Made by a program: the position numbers and the translations under genes | Part shown: positions 39,927-50,186 of the stretch, piece after piece | Position numbering within the stretch: the stretch's first letter is position 1 | How the letters are laid out: every line of letters starts with the position of its first letter | NCBI GenBank assembly: GCA_963842085.1 | Contig: CAWJET010000001.1 | Location: forward strand, 2,752,001 to 2,816,000 | DNA length: 64,000 nt | Origin: an uncultured delta proteobacterium | GTDB lineage: Bacteria > Desulfobacterota > Binatia > Binatales > Binataceae | Direction: 5' to 3' | Notes under the pieces: model-generated | What the model was told of the DNA's origin: nothing | Databases searched by the model: none | The model's input: only the letters and a program-made list of their open reading frames with translations

Positions 39927-41210
39927 CTAGCGGCGGAACAGCGTCGAGTCCGCGATCGGCAGGCCGAGCGCGTATCGCCGCAACCAGTCGAGCGCGACCT
40001 GCGAGGTGATCAGCTTCACCCAGTCGCGAGTGCCGCGGAACTGGTATCGCCGCGTAAAGCTCTGATCGTCGGCGGACAGCGCGATGCACACGGTGCCGAC
40101 CGGCTTGTCCGGCGTGCCGCCGTCGGGGCCCGCGATTCCCGAGGTGGCGACCGACACGCTCGCCCCCGTGCGTTTTCGCACGCCCGCCGCCATCTCGCGC
40201 ACGCATTCCTCGCTCACGGCGCCGTGCGCTTTCAGCGTCTCCTCCGAAACGCCGAGCACGCCGGACTTCACGTCGTTGGAGTAGGTGACCAGGTCGCTTT
40301 TGAAATATCGCGAGCAGCCGGGAACGTTGGTGATGCGATGTCCGATCAGTCCGCCGGTGCATGACTCGGCGACCGCCAGCGTGAATTTCTTCTCGACGAA
40401 CAGGCGTCCGACGACTTCTTCCATCGAGGTGTCGCCCTCGGCGTAGACGAACTGCGAGATTTTCTCGCGCACCCGATGCGACAGCTCTTCGGCCCTGCGC
40501 TCGACTTCGCCAGGTTGTCCTTCGACTCTGATCTTGAGCGAAATCTGCGGGAAGCTCGCGCGGAACGAGACCTTCGCCTCTTCCGGCTTGATCAATCCCG
40601 CCACCGCCTCGTCGAGCGCCGACTCGCTCATCCCGAAAGTCTGGAAGATGCGCACCGCGTAAACCTTGTCGGTGCCGCGATTCGCCGCGATCCACGGTAT
40701 GACCGTGTTTTCCATCATCGGTTTCATCTCACGCGGCACGCCGGGCAGGACGATCAGATGCGCGGTGTGGCCGTGCATCGTCACCGGCATCCTGAAGCCG
40801 GGCGCGGTGCCGAGCGGATTCTGGATGACCGTCGCGCCTTCGGGAAAGAGCGCTTGCTTAAGATTGTTCTCCGGCATCGGGCGGCCGATCGTCGCGAACA
40901 GGCGCTTCATGTGCTCGACGGTGGCCTCGTCGCGCCACAACTTCACCCCCGCGACCCGCGCAATCGTTTCGGTGGTCAGGTCGTCGGCGGTTGGCCCGAT
41001 GCCGCCGGTTGAAATCACCACATCGCCCATCCCGATCGCCGTGCGCCACGCCCATTCCAGCCGGTCGGGAACGTCGCCGACCGTAAGCACCGCAACCAGA
41101 TCGATTCCAATTTCCGCGAGCTTGTCGGAAAGGTAGTTGGCGTTGGTGTCGACGACCTTGCCGGTGGTGATTTCGTCGCCGGTGGAAAGAATCACAGCGT
41201 TCTGAATCAT
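39927..41210 (-). CDS. cinA: CinA competence/damage-inducible protein (NMN deamidase fusion)
   Basis: STGDEITTG..VDTN, TGGIGPTADDLT, LPGVPREM, VAESCTGG, SGIAGPDGG. Confidence 0.95.
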   Translation of the reverse strand: MIQNAVILSTGDEITTGKVVDTNANYLSDKLAEIGIDLVAVLTVGDVPDRLEWAWRTAIGMGDVVISTGGIGPTADDLTTETIARVAGVKLWRDEATVEHMKRLFATIGRPMPENNLKQALFPEGATVIQNPLGTAPGFRMPVTMHGHTAHLIVLPGVPREMKPMMENTVIPWIAANRGTDKVYAVRIFQTFGMSESALDEAVAGLIKPEEAKVSFRASFPQISLKIRVEGQPGEVERRAEELSHRVREKISQFVYAEGDTSMEEVVGRLFVEKKFTLAVAESCTGGLIGHRITNVPGCSRYFKSDLVTYSNDVKSGVLGVSEETLKAHGAVSEECVREMAAGVRKRTGASVSVATSGIAGPDGGTPDKPVGTVCIALSADDQSFTRRYQFRGTRDWVKLITSQVALDWLRRYALGLPIADSTLFRR

Positions 41211-41236
41211 CGAGAACTCCTTGCGGGCGCGTGCGT

Positions 41237-41698
41237 TCAGAGCACGCGCACGATCACCTGCAGCACAATATTCGCATAAATCGCGGCAGCCAAATCATCC
41301 AGCATGACGCCCGCGCCGTTGCGCATGCGGCGGTCGATCAGGCTCGCCGGCCACGGTTTGATCACGTCGGCCACTCGAAACAGGAGGAATCCGAGCATCA
41401 GCCAGCCGAACGCGATCGGATTGCCGAACATGGTCGCGGCCATGCCGAGCACTTCATCGATCACGATCCGCGAATCGTCGTGATTGTCGAAAATCTTCTC
41501 GGCGCGATCCGAAATCCAGCACGCGATCGCAAACGCGATCGCGAACACCATCAAGCATAGCGCCGGCGAATGCATCCAAAGCGGGCCGAACCCGAGCCAC
41601 ACGACTGCCAGCCCGACCACCGAGCCCGCCGTTCCCGGCGCAATCGGAACGTAACCGGAATAGATTCCGGTGGCGAAGAAGATGATGAGCGAACGCAT
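41237..41698 (-). CDS. pgpA: Phosphatidylglycerophosphatase A
   Basis: PIAPGTAGS, DD..IVIDEVLG, FR..DVIKPWP, GVMLDDLAA. Confidence 0.94.
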   Translation of the reverse strand: MRSLIIFFATGIYSGYVPIAPGTAGSVVGLAVVWLGFGPLWMHSPALCLMVFAIAFAIACWISDRAEKIFDNHDDSRIVIDEVLGMAATMFGNPIAFGWLMLGFLLFRVADVIKPWPASLIDRRMRNGAGVMLDDLAAAIYANIVLQVIVRVL

Positions 41699-41708
41699 CC
41701 GGGGGCAG

Positions 41709-42527
41709 TCAGCTGGTAGTCAGCGTTATCGGATCTTCTTCGGCGCCGACTTCGACCGATGCGACTCCTTCAATCGTTCGCGCGACTCCGATCACGAGCT
41801 CGTCCCACGGCGGCACCAGTCCCGGACCGCTCACGCGCACGCATCCCGCCGAGCAGTTGACCGACATCTGCGCGTCGCGAATTTTCGGATGCGCCATCAG
41901 CGCCGCGTGCACCTGCGCGCCGATCGCGGTGTCGCGCATCAGTTTCGTTCGCTCCGGGTTGCCCTCGCTGTCGATATTAGTCGCGAGCGCCGCAAGAGTG
42001 TTCGCGTGCGACGCCAGCGGCAGCCGCGCGGTGTTGATCACCAGGTCGTAAATCGCGGGGTCGTCCAGATCTTTCCCGAACAAACTCAGCGTGCGTGCCC
42101 TTACTTCGGTGTCGAAGTCGCGAACCCGTTTCTCCGCCGCCGCCGGCGCGAGTTTCTCGTCCTTCGCCACCTGCTTGATGCGCTCGGCAATTGGAGCCAT
42201 CGCGCGCACTCGAATGCCGCATCCGCCGTCGGGGAGAAAATGCGCCGACCCGCGCCCAGCGAAGACGATCCGATCTTGCGCCGCCTCCTGCAGGAACACG
42301 GCCCGGTAGTAGCCGGCGAACCGGCTGCTGTCGGTCTTCCGCTCCCAGAAGTGCGGGTTGTGAACGTCAAACCATTTCACCTGCTCGGCGCTGACGTTGA
42401 AGCGCCTGGCAGTTTCGGCAATCAATTGCTCGCCGGTCTGGAAGCGATAACCGAGTTCCCGCGCCGCGAGTTCGCCGAGTTCGATACCCCGGCTGCCAAT
42501 CTGTTGACTGATCGCAATAACCGCCAT
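41709..42527 (-). CDS. Cytidylate-kinase-like protein with C-terminal BON domain
   Basis: IAISQQIGSRG, VFAGRG, DP.IYDLVINT; C-terminal VHAALMAHP...VRVSG...ARTIEGVASV. Confidence 0.8.
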   Translation of the reverse strand: MAVIAISQQIGSRGIELGELAARELGYRFQTGEQLIAETARRFNVSAEQVKWFDVHNPHFWERKTDSSRFAGYYRAVFLQEAAQDRIVFAGRGSAHFLPDGGCGIRVRAMAPIAERIKQVAKDEKLAPAAAEKRVRDFDTEVRARTLSLFGKDLDDPAIYDLVINTARLPLASHANTLAALATNIDSEGNPERTKLMRDTAIGAQVHAALMAHPKIRDAQMSVNCSAGCVRVSGPGLVPPWDELVIGVARTIEGVASVEVGAEEDPITLTTS

Positions 42528-42629
42528 CGATGCTCCCCAAGGCGGGCGAATTTTTTCGATCGCCGAGGCCATCTTAGGTTGATGGCCGCCGAAACATCAA
42601 ACCATCCATTCTGAGAGTCCGTCTTTTGT

Positions 42630-42660
42630 GTCATTCAGAGCCGTCGCGGCGAGGAATCCC
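42630..42660 (+). repeat. REP-like element GTCATTCAGAGCCG...GAATC
   Basis: 14-bp exact inverted copy at 44084-44097; related sequence at 51707-51751. Confidence 0.6.
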
Positions 42661-43014
42661 GAATTGACGGCAGCACTTCTGAGCGGTCGATTCGCCGGAA
42701 AAATGACAAATTACACAATTGGTTGTGGTTTCTGGATGACGGCCCTCTACCGGTAGCTTCGTTCCGTCAAATTTTGTTTTTCTTCGAAGCGTTATCGCAC
42801 GCGCCGGTCGTGAGGATTTCTGGGCAGGCTCGCGAACGTGTAGCGCCGAGGTCGTTGACCATATCGATTACGTAACACGGTGCGCAGCATGAGTGTAAGG
42901 CTGAGAAGTTCATCCTGAACTATTCCGGCCTAGCGCGCTTCGCCGGCTCTATTCGGCAGATGGAATCGCCGCCCAGGTGCAGATAGGATTTCCGCGACTG
43001 ACGGGCCTGGAACA

Positions 43015-43863
<849 letters not shown>

Positions 43864-44100
43864 CCCCTAACCCCTTCCCATAGGGGGAAGGGGAACCAGA
43901 GGCGGAATCGCGGACGATGCGTGCATCCTAACCCCTAGCCCCTTCCCGAAAACGGGAAGGGGGACAAGAACAAGACGCGGAGGCGGAATCTTGAATCGCG
44001 CGCGAGAGAAGTCGCGCGCTGAATAAGGACCCTCACCTTCGATCCTCTCCCTTGGAGGGAGAGGGGAACGATTCGCCGCGCGGCGGCTCTGAATGACAAA
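43864..44100. repeat. Cluster of REP-like hairpins between convergent cysQ and MFS genes
   Basis: CCCCTAACCCCTTCCC..GGGAAGGGG, CCCCTAGCCCCTTCCCG..CGGGAAGGGG and CCCTCACC..CCTCTCCC..GGGAGAGG, with GAGGCGGAATC twice. Confidence 0.75.
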
Positions 44101-44105
44101 GGGAA

Positions 44106-45365
44106 CTACGAGGCGGAGGCGGCGGCAATCTGGTAGCGCGTGCGGCCGGGACCCGTCTCCGGCAGGAAGTACATCGTCACGATCGGCAGGAACTGGAAAA
44201 CCAGGAAGCCGAGCATCACGGTCCGCAGCCCGATATGCGCCGCGAGCGCGCCGCCCAGGAACGGCGAGATGAACGCGCCGAAGTAGCCGATCGCCCATAC
44301 GAAGCCCATTGCGGCGCCTACGCGCGTCGGATTCATGCCCGGCAATTCCATCAACAGCGTAGTGATCGCGGCGAGCGAGCCCGCCGCCCCGATCCCGACC
44401 AGCACCAGCGACAGCCTGATCCATATCGGATCGGGCAGCGTAATCGCGCCGGCGCATCCGAACAGCGTTGCGAACGCGATCGGCCACGTGAACGGCTTGC
44501 GCAGTCCCGACATCCCCGTGCCGATTCCGCCGCCCAACGCCGCGAACAGGCCGGTGAACGGCAGCACCTGCGTCATCAGCGACGCTTCCGACAGCGACAT
44601 GCCGCGGTAAGTGCGGAAGAACTCGGGGAGAAACGCGGTGTAAATCTGGAACACCCACATCCCGCCGAACAGCCCCGCCGCGATCAACAGCACGTTGCGC
44701 ATCTTTGCGACTTCCATCAGCGCCGACCCGCGCTCGGCCGGCGCTTCGATTGGGCCGGGCGTGGGCGGGGGCACGCTGTATCGGCCCTGATGCTCGCGGC
44801 CGAAGAGCGTCCACAGCAGCGCGACTCCCGCCGACCCGACGCCGTACCACATCAGAGTCATCCGCCACGACCCGACCGCGGCGAACAGCGCCGGCGTCGC
44901 GCGGAACACGAGCGTAAGTCCCACGTAGCCGAACGAGAAGTTGACCATGTTGATGTACGGCCATTCGCCTTCGCCGAACCATTGCATTACGAGTGTGCCT
45001 GGCGGCGCGATCACGAGTCCGTAGCCGACTCCCTCCAGCACGCGGCACGCGAGTAGCGCAGCGAAATTCGGCGCGTAGCCGCTGGCGAGCTGTCCGATCG
45101 CCATCAGCCAGATTCCAATGATCAACGCGCGCAGCGCCCCGATCCGCTCGGCAACCACGGCGCCCAGCAGTGAGAAGATGCCGATGCAGAGCGCGATGAT
45201 CGAGATGATCAGGCCGGCACTACTGAGCGAGATTCCGAGCCCGTTCTTTATTTCCTGGAGTATGGGCGCCGGCGCGAGCCAGGCGAACGACTGCGCCGTC
45301 AGCAACAGCAGCAGCAGGACCTCGACAATCCATCGGTAGGACGAGAGTTTGCTCGCTTGGCTCAT
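44106..45365 (-). CDS. MFS transporter (CynX-like)
   Basis: About 12 TM; motif A GAVVAERIGALR; RVLEGVG. Confidence 0.88.
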   Translation of the reverse strand: MSQASKLSSYRWIVEVLLLLLLTAQSFAWLAPAPILQEIKNGLGISLSSAGLIISIIALCIGIFSLLGAVVAERIGALRALIIGIWLMAIGQLASGYAPNFAALLACRVLEGVGYGLVIAPPGTLVMQWFGEGEWPYINMVNFSFGYVGLTLVFRATPALFAAVGSWRMTLMWYGVGSAGVALLWTLFGREHQGRYSVPPPTPGPIEAPAERGSALMEVAKMRNVLLIAAGLFGGMWVFQIYTAFLPEFFRTYRGMSLSEASLMTQVLPFTGLFAALGGGIGTGMSGLRKPFTWPIAFATLFGCAGAITLPDPIWIRLSLVLVGIGAAGSLAAITTLLMELPGMNPTRVGAAMGFVWAIGYFGAFISPFLGGALAAHIGLRTVMLGFLVFQFLPIVTMYFLPETGPGRTRYQIAAASAS

Positions 45366-45455
45366 CGACGAATCACGCTTCTGCTCCTCTCACCGTATAT
45401 CCCGACTCGCGACCACCGCGCCAACGGAAACCCGGGTCGCATCGCGCGCGAGATT

Positions 45456-46748
45456 TCAAATCCTCTGATCGCCGCTCGCCCATCGCAGGTAGAAAAACAT
45501 CCCGACGGCATAGACGGCCGCTATCAGGAAGAAGACCGCGCTGAAGGACTTCGTCGCCTGCACGATCAACCCCGCGGCCGCGACGCCGATGATGCCGGGG
45601 AGGGTCGCGAAGGTGTTCGAGATTCCCATCAGGATTCCGGCATAAGTCGGGGCGACGTCAAGATGATTCACTCCGAAGGCGGCGGAGCCGATGCCATTGG
45701 ACGAGGCCGCCACTGTCAGCAGTGCCACCGCCATCGCCGCCGAACCCGCTGCGGGCACGACCAGCAGCGAGATCGCGCCGAGCGCAAATGCCGCGCTCTG
45801 CATCGACTTGCGCACGGTGCCGACCGCGAGGCCGCTCTCGATAAGGGTATCCGCCAGCCAGCCCGAGAAAGTTATCGTGAAGAACGTCACGATCCACGGA
45901 ATGATCGAGAACACGCCGACGCGTTCCAGCGGCACGCTGAAGGTGTGATGCAGGTAGGTCGGCATCCAGAGCAGCAGGATGTTGAATCCGAAGTTGCTGC
46001 AGAAATGCGCGACGACGATCGCCCATACCGCTTTCTCTCGCGCGATTGCCGCCCACGGCACCCGGAGCGCGCGCGGCTCGGCCGTGCGCAACGACACGAT
46101 CAATTCGAGTTCGGCGGCGCTGACGCGGGTCGAGGTCTCGGGCCGGTCGGCGGCCAGATACAGCCAGACCGCGACCCACACCGCGCCGAGCGCGCCTGAA
46201 ATGTAGAACAACGCGGGCCATCCGAATGCCTTGATAATCGCCGGGCTCGCGCCGAGCGCCGCGACCGTGCCCACGTACATCCCGCTGTAGTTCACCGACA
46301 ACACGCGCGCGCGCTCGGACGGCAGCGTCCAGCGCGAAGTCAGGCTGTGAATCGATGGGAAGTTCACGCCCTCGCCCAGCCCGAGCAGCACGCGAGCGGC
46401 GAGCAGCGCGGAAAACGTCGCGGCGGCGGCGAGCGGGGTGACGAAGGTTGCCAGCGACCAGATCGCGACGCCGCCCGCCAGCACGCGATGGCCACCGAAT
46501 CGATCGGCCATCCATCCGCCGACGAGCTGCGTCCACAGGTATCCCCAGAACACCGCCGACAGCACCAGTCCCTGCGCGGCGGAGTCGTAGCCGAATTGGC
46601 GGGCGAGCGGGATTATCGCGACCGAGATGCTGATGCGGTCGATGTAGCAAAGCGCGGTGCCGAGAAAGAACAGCGCAACGACCGTGTAGCGTTGCGGCCA
46701 TCGCGAAATTCCTGAGGCGGCATCGCGCGCTGGTGCGGGCTCGCCCAT
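45456..46748 (-). CDS. MFS transporter, anion:cation symporter (ACS) family
   Basis: CYIDRISISVAI, FWGY..TQ..GGWMADRFGG, GLGEGVNFP, WMPTY, NHLDVAP.YAG.LMGISNT. Confidence 0.9.
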   Translation of the reverse strand: MGEPAPARDAASGISRWPQRYTVVALFFLGTALCYIDRISISVAIIPLARQFGYDSAAQGLVLSAVFWGYLWTQLVGGWMADRFGGHRVLAGGVAIWSLATFVTPLAAAATFSALLAARVLLGLGEGVNFPSIHSLTSRWTLPSERARVLSVNYSGMYVGTVAALGASPAIIKAFGWPALFYISGALGAVWVAVWLYLAADRPETSTRVSAAELELIVSLRTAEPRALRVPWAAIAREKAVWAIVVAHFCSNFGFNILLLWMPTYLHHTFSVPLERVGVFSIIPWIVTFFTITFSGWLADTLIESGLAVGTVRKSMQSAAFALGAISLLVVPAAGSAAMAVALLTVAASSNGIGSAAFGVNHLDVAPTYAGILMGISNTFATLPGIIGVAAAGLIVQATKSFSAVFFLIAAVYAVGMFFYLRWASGDQRI

Positions 46749-46812
46749 GATGCGGTGGAGCTTAGGCTCGGCGATGTAACGTTGACCAGACCGGCCATTT
46801 GGAAAGCGCAAC

Positions 46813-46845
46813 AAAAAGACGCGGGAGGCAATCCTCCCGCGTCTT
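46813..46845 (-). terminator. Rho-independent terminator after the XRE regulator
   Basis: AAGACGCGGGAGG-CAAT-CCTCCCGCGTCTT 13-bp stem with a U-tract on the minus strand. Confidence 0.8.
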
Positions 46846-46875
46846 CAAGAAAGCAGGTGCGTTTGCGGATGCTTC

Positions 46876-47304
46876 CTATCTTCCGACTGCGTGGCGCACG
46901 GTATTCAGGATGTAGATGAAATCGCGCGTTGAACGCACGTCGCCGAGCAGCGCGACTCGCGAAAGCATCTCCATCTCGTCGTTCGTGATGTTGTGAACGC
47001 GCCGCAGTTGCTCGTTCTTCCTGAAATCATCCCAGGCCGAATCGGGCGCCGCCGCAACTTCGGGATTCAGCAGCGCCTGCGCGCGAGGATTGGCGAGGAA
47101 AAACAGTTGGCGGCTATCGAGTCCAAGCACTTCCCCCAGGCGCGTCACAATCTTGTCGGAAGGATGGCGTTTACCTGATTCCAGGTGGCCGACGTAGGGC
47201 GTGGAGGTCTTGATGCGACGGGCCACTTCCTCCTGGGTGAGGTCGAGTTGCCGTCTGCGCTCGCGAATAACGTGTCCGAAAGTCCGTTCCTTGATGCGTG
47301 CCAT
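46876..47304 (-). CDS. XRE-family HTH regulator
   Basis: FGHVIRERRRQLDLTQEEVARRIKTSTPYVGHLESGKRHPS. Confidence 0.9.
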   Translation of the reverse strand: MARIKERTFGHVIRERRRQLDLTQEEVARRIKTSTPYVGHLESGKRHPSDKIVTRLGEVLGLDSRQLFFLANPRAQALLNPEVAAAPDSAWDDFRKNEQLRRVHNITNDEMEMLSRVALLGDVRSTRDFIYILNTVRHAVGR

Positions 47305-47579
47305 TGATCCTCTTCCCCTTGTTTTGTGCCGAGTTCATGCGGCGATGCGACCGCACGTCACCAAAATGATATTATTCGACACTTACAGTTAGTACCATCA
47401 AAACAACTTAAAGGCAACCATACTGCCGGTGGATTTGTCGCGACGCCTTCAACCGCGCCAAACATACGCCGACTCATTATCCTACAAACTGTGTAGACTT
47501 AACGACTTTCGAAATATTCAATGAAAAGCAACTTATTTTGTAAATAAGTTATATTCAGGCCAAGGAGGGGTGGTTCCGG

Positions 47580-47933
47580 TCAATTTCCGTAGGGATTTCG
47601 ACCGTGATTGAGATAAATGGAAAAATCCGCGACGCCAAGGTCGGGACGCGGTGAACTTCTGAAATGAGTGACGGCGCCGCCACGGAGGCCGTCTATCGAT
47701 ACGACATCCTTACCGCTGGCGCGCCCGTCGCGGTCGAAATAATGGATCTCCACCTGGAAAGGGCCGGTGTCGTTGCCCGTGTTGCGAACCTCGCCTTCGA
47801 CCGACACCTGGCCGCCGCTTCGCACCATGCGAGTATCGGCCACCTTCACCGGTTCTGTGCTGACGAGCGAGTAGAATACGTAGCCCGCGAAGCATAGCCC
47901 GCCGAGCAGAACGATGAGCGCGCCTTTACGCAT
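47580..47933 (-). CDS. Small membrane-anchored FxLYD-like Ig-fold protein
   Basis: N-terminal TM; VEGEVRNTG...IHYFDRDG. Confidence 0.65.
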   Translation of the reverse strand: MRKGALIVLLGGLCFAGYVFYSLVSTEPVKVADTRMVRSGGQVSVEGEVRNTGNDTGPFQVEIHYFDRDGRASGKDVVSIDGLRGGAVTHFRSSPRPDLGVADFSIYLNHGRNPYGN

Positions 47934-48311
47934 GGGGAGGCTGGTACGACCGTGGCAGGCCTGGGACGTTCACCTGCCGGACGATTTCGTCATGTGCTTC
48001 GGTCAATTCAAAATTCATATTCAACCCATCTCAGAATGAAGTGTTGACGCGTTCTGCGCGAGGCACCGACGCGTGCTTGACGAACCAACTTCCATCTGGT
48101 TAATCACGCGGCAAATGCATCATATACGGGCATCACCAATGGTTATCACAGGTCGAAATTCCTTGCGAACACAAGGGATTTTCGACGCGGCTCAATTATT
48201 ACTCCGGTATGAATCTTGTTACCAAGCCAGCCGGTTTTCACAACCGCAGCCCGCTACGTGTGGGCGCAGGAAGCCGCGACCTAGCGTCGCGCATCTCGGA
48301 GGGAGGAGATA

Positions 48312-49766
48312 GTGAACAGAAGGAGAACGACCCGGGGCGTTGCCTGGATTCACCTGGTTGCCGGCGTCGCAGTGATTGGATTGCTGTGCAATGTTGCCTG
48401 GGCGGCAGATCCGGCAGATCCAGCGACGACGAGGAGACATCACCACCACGTGGTCACCACGACCACAACCACTACTGCCATCGGCCCCAGCGAGGAGCAG
48501 CGGCTTAACGCGCTGTCTGGCCAGGTGAGCAATCTGCAGAAGCAGTCCGACGACACAACCAGCGAGGTCAAAAAGATAGAGGCGGCGATGACGGTCACGG
48601 TGCCGGCACAGGCCGATGCGAAGCCGGCGACGATTGGCGAGCACGTAGGCCTGGTCGAAAAGGACGTCGGCGATATCAAGAAGAATCTGTCGGACAACCT
48701 TGGTATCAGCGTCCACGCCATGGTTGATGCGGGCTACGAGCATAACTTCAATCAGCCGGTCAACAACATCAATGCCATTCGCGTCTTCGACGAGGATGGA
48801 TTCCAGCTCACGCAGGGCAACCTGCACATCGAGCGCGATGGAACCGTTGGATTCGTGACCGACCTCAACTTCGGCCAGGTTGCGAACACGCTTTCGGGCG
48901 CCACTCGCTACTCGAACATCAACCACGTCGGCCCGGAATGGTTCGATCCGACGCAGTACTATCTGACCTATACCGCGCCGGTCGGTTCGGGCATCAGCTT
49001 CCAGGCGGGCCGCTTCGTGACGTTGCTGGGCGCAGAAACGATCAACACCTACAACAATCTGAACTTCAACGAAACCAAGAGCATCCTCTTCGGCTATGCG
49101 ATCCCATTCACGCACACCGGAGTCCGGGCATCGTACACCTTCAACGACTACGTTGCGTTCACCGGTGGGCTGAACAACGGATGGGACAATCCCGCCAGCG
49201 CCAACAATGGCGGTCCCAACTATGAAGGCGAGTTGGCGCTCAACAACAAGGACAAGTCGATCAGCCTGCTGATCAACGGCATCTGGGGTCCGAATCTGGT
49301 GAATCCGACGACCGGGTTGGGCCAGGGCAACTCGAATCTCGGCGCGATCAATCCGGTCTGGACCTGGAAGCCGTCGTTCGTGCCCAATCTGACGCTTCAG
49401 GGTGATTATGTGTACGGAACCCAAAGCGGGCCGGTAGTCAACGGGCATAGCGGCTCGTGGAGCGGCTATGCGCAGTACCTGGTGTACGATTGGACGCCCT
49501 CGATCGAGACGGCGACGCGCGGCGAAGTCTTCGACGACAAGGACGGATCGCGCACCGGAACTGCCCAGACGCTGTGGGAAATTACCCAGACGCTGTCCTA
49601 CAAGATACCCGAAGTGACGGGGCTGCTCGCCCGGCTGGAGTACCGGCATGACAATTCCAGCCAGAACTATTTCTTCAACAACAATTTCATCGACCCGACG
49701 ACCGGCGCGCAGCATCTGTGGCACGGCCAGGACACTTTGAGCGCGAACGTAATTTACGCCTTCTAA
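48312..49766 (+). CDS. Outer-membrane beta-barrel porin (BBP2-like)
   Basis: Signal peptide, coiled coil, AGRFVTLLGAE, IPFTHTGVR, NNGWD, RLEYRHD, terminal IYAF. Confidence 0.85.
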   Translation: MNRRRTTRGVAWIHLVAGVAVIGLLCNVAWAADPADPATTRRHHHHVVTTTTTTTAIGPSEEQRLNALSGQVSNLQKQSDDTTSEVKKIEAAMTVTVPAQADAKPATIGEHVGLVEKDVGDIKKNLSDNLGISVHAMVDAGYEHNFNQPVNNINAIRVFDEDGFQLTQGNLHIERDGTVGFVTDLNFGQVANTLSGATRYSNINHVGPEWFDPTQYYLTYTAPVGSGISFQAGRFVTLLGAETINTYNNLNFNETKSILFGYAIPFTHTGVRASYTFNDYVAFTGGLNNGWDNPASANNGGPNYEGELALNNKDKSISLLINGIWGPNLVNPTTGLGQGNSNLGAINPVWTWKPSFVPNLTLQGDYVYGTQSGPVVNGHSGSWSGYAQYLVYDWTPSIETATRGEVFDDKDGSRTGTAQTLWEITQTLSYKIPEVTGLLARLEYRHDNSSQNYFFNNNFIDPTTGAQHLWHGQDTLSANVIYAF

Positions 49767-49810
49767 CGCTCGGCAGAGGAGTTAACGAGTCAGTCGCGCA
49801 GCGATGCGCC

Positions 49811-49851
49811 AAGCGGCGGGTCCGAAGCAGCGGACCCGCCGCTTCTCTTTT
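49811..49851 (+). terminator. Rho-independent terminator after the porin
   Basis: AAGCGGCGGGTCCG-AAGCAG-CGGACCCGCCGCTT then CTCTTTT. Confidence 0.8.
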
Positions 49852-49942
49852 GATAACGCTGCCCTGGCTCGACCGGGTCTTCAGGCGCCTGCGCACGCGA
49901 ATGTCGCGACCCCTTTGGAGTGCCGATGGGTATGGTCGTGCT

Positions 49943-49958
49943 AGGCATTTGTTTTGCT
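49943..49958 (+). promoter_or_regulatory. Sigma54 (-24/-12) promoter of glnA
   Basis: AGGCATTTGTTTTGCT: GG-N10-GC; glnA is a classic sigma54 target. Confidence 0.65.
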
Positions 49959-50186
49959 GTAATAAAAATTTATGGGCTGATTCAGGGAAAAAATAAGCCC
50001 CGTTGCACCGGATCATTAACCGAGCCGCAAGTCTTTGTGCAGGGAAAGCTGCTTGAATATGCGTCAAATGCCCGTTGGATGGGCGTTGCGTTATCGGGGC
50101 TTTCATGACAGAAAACGGGATTCAGGGATCGATTAACCACTACGAATACGCCGCCCCGTTAAGCGGCCAGGAGGGTTACGGGTTCG

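Noticed and set aside
43864-44100. Possible mini CRISPR array
   Set aside because: Units differ in sequence and spacing, look like REP hairpins, and no cas genes are present.
47530-47550. dif site
   Set aside because: No recognisable XerD arm (TTATGTTAAAT-like) with a 6-bp spacer.
48063-48076. NtrC box upstream of the porin (GCAC-N6-GTGC)
   Set aside because: Spacing is 6 and not 7, and no -24/-12 element was found downstream.
49920-50108. 62-aa hydrophobic ORF upstream of glnA
   Set aside because: Overlaps the -24/-12 promoter, has no clear RBS and atypical codon use.
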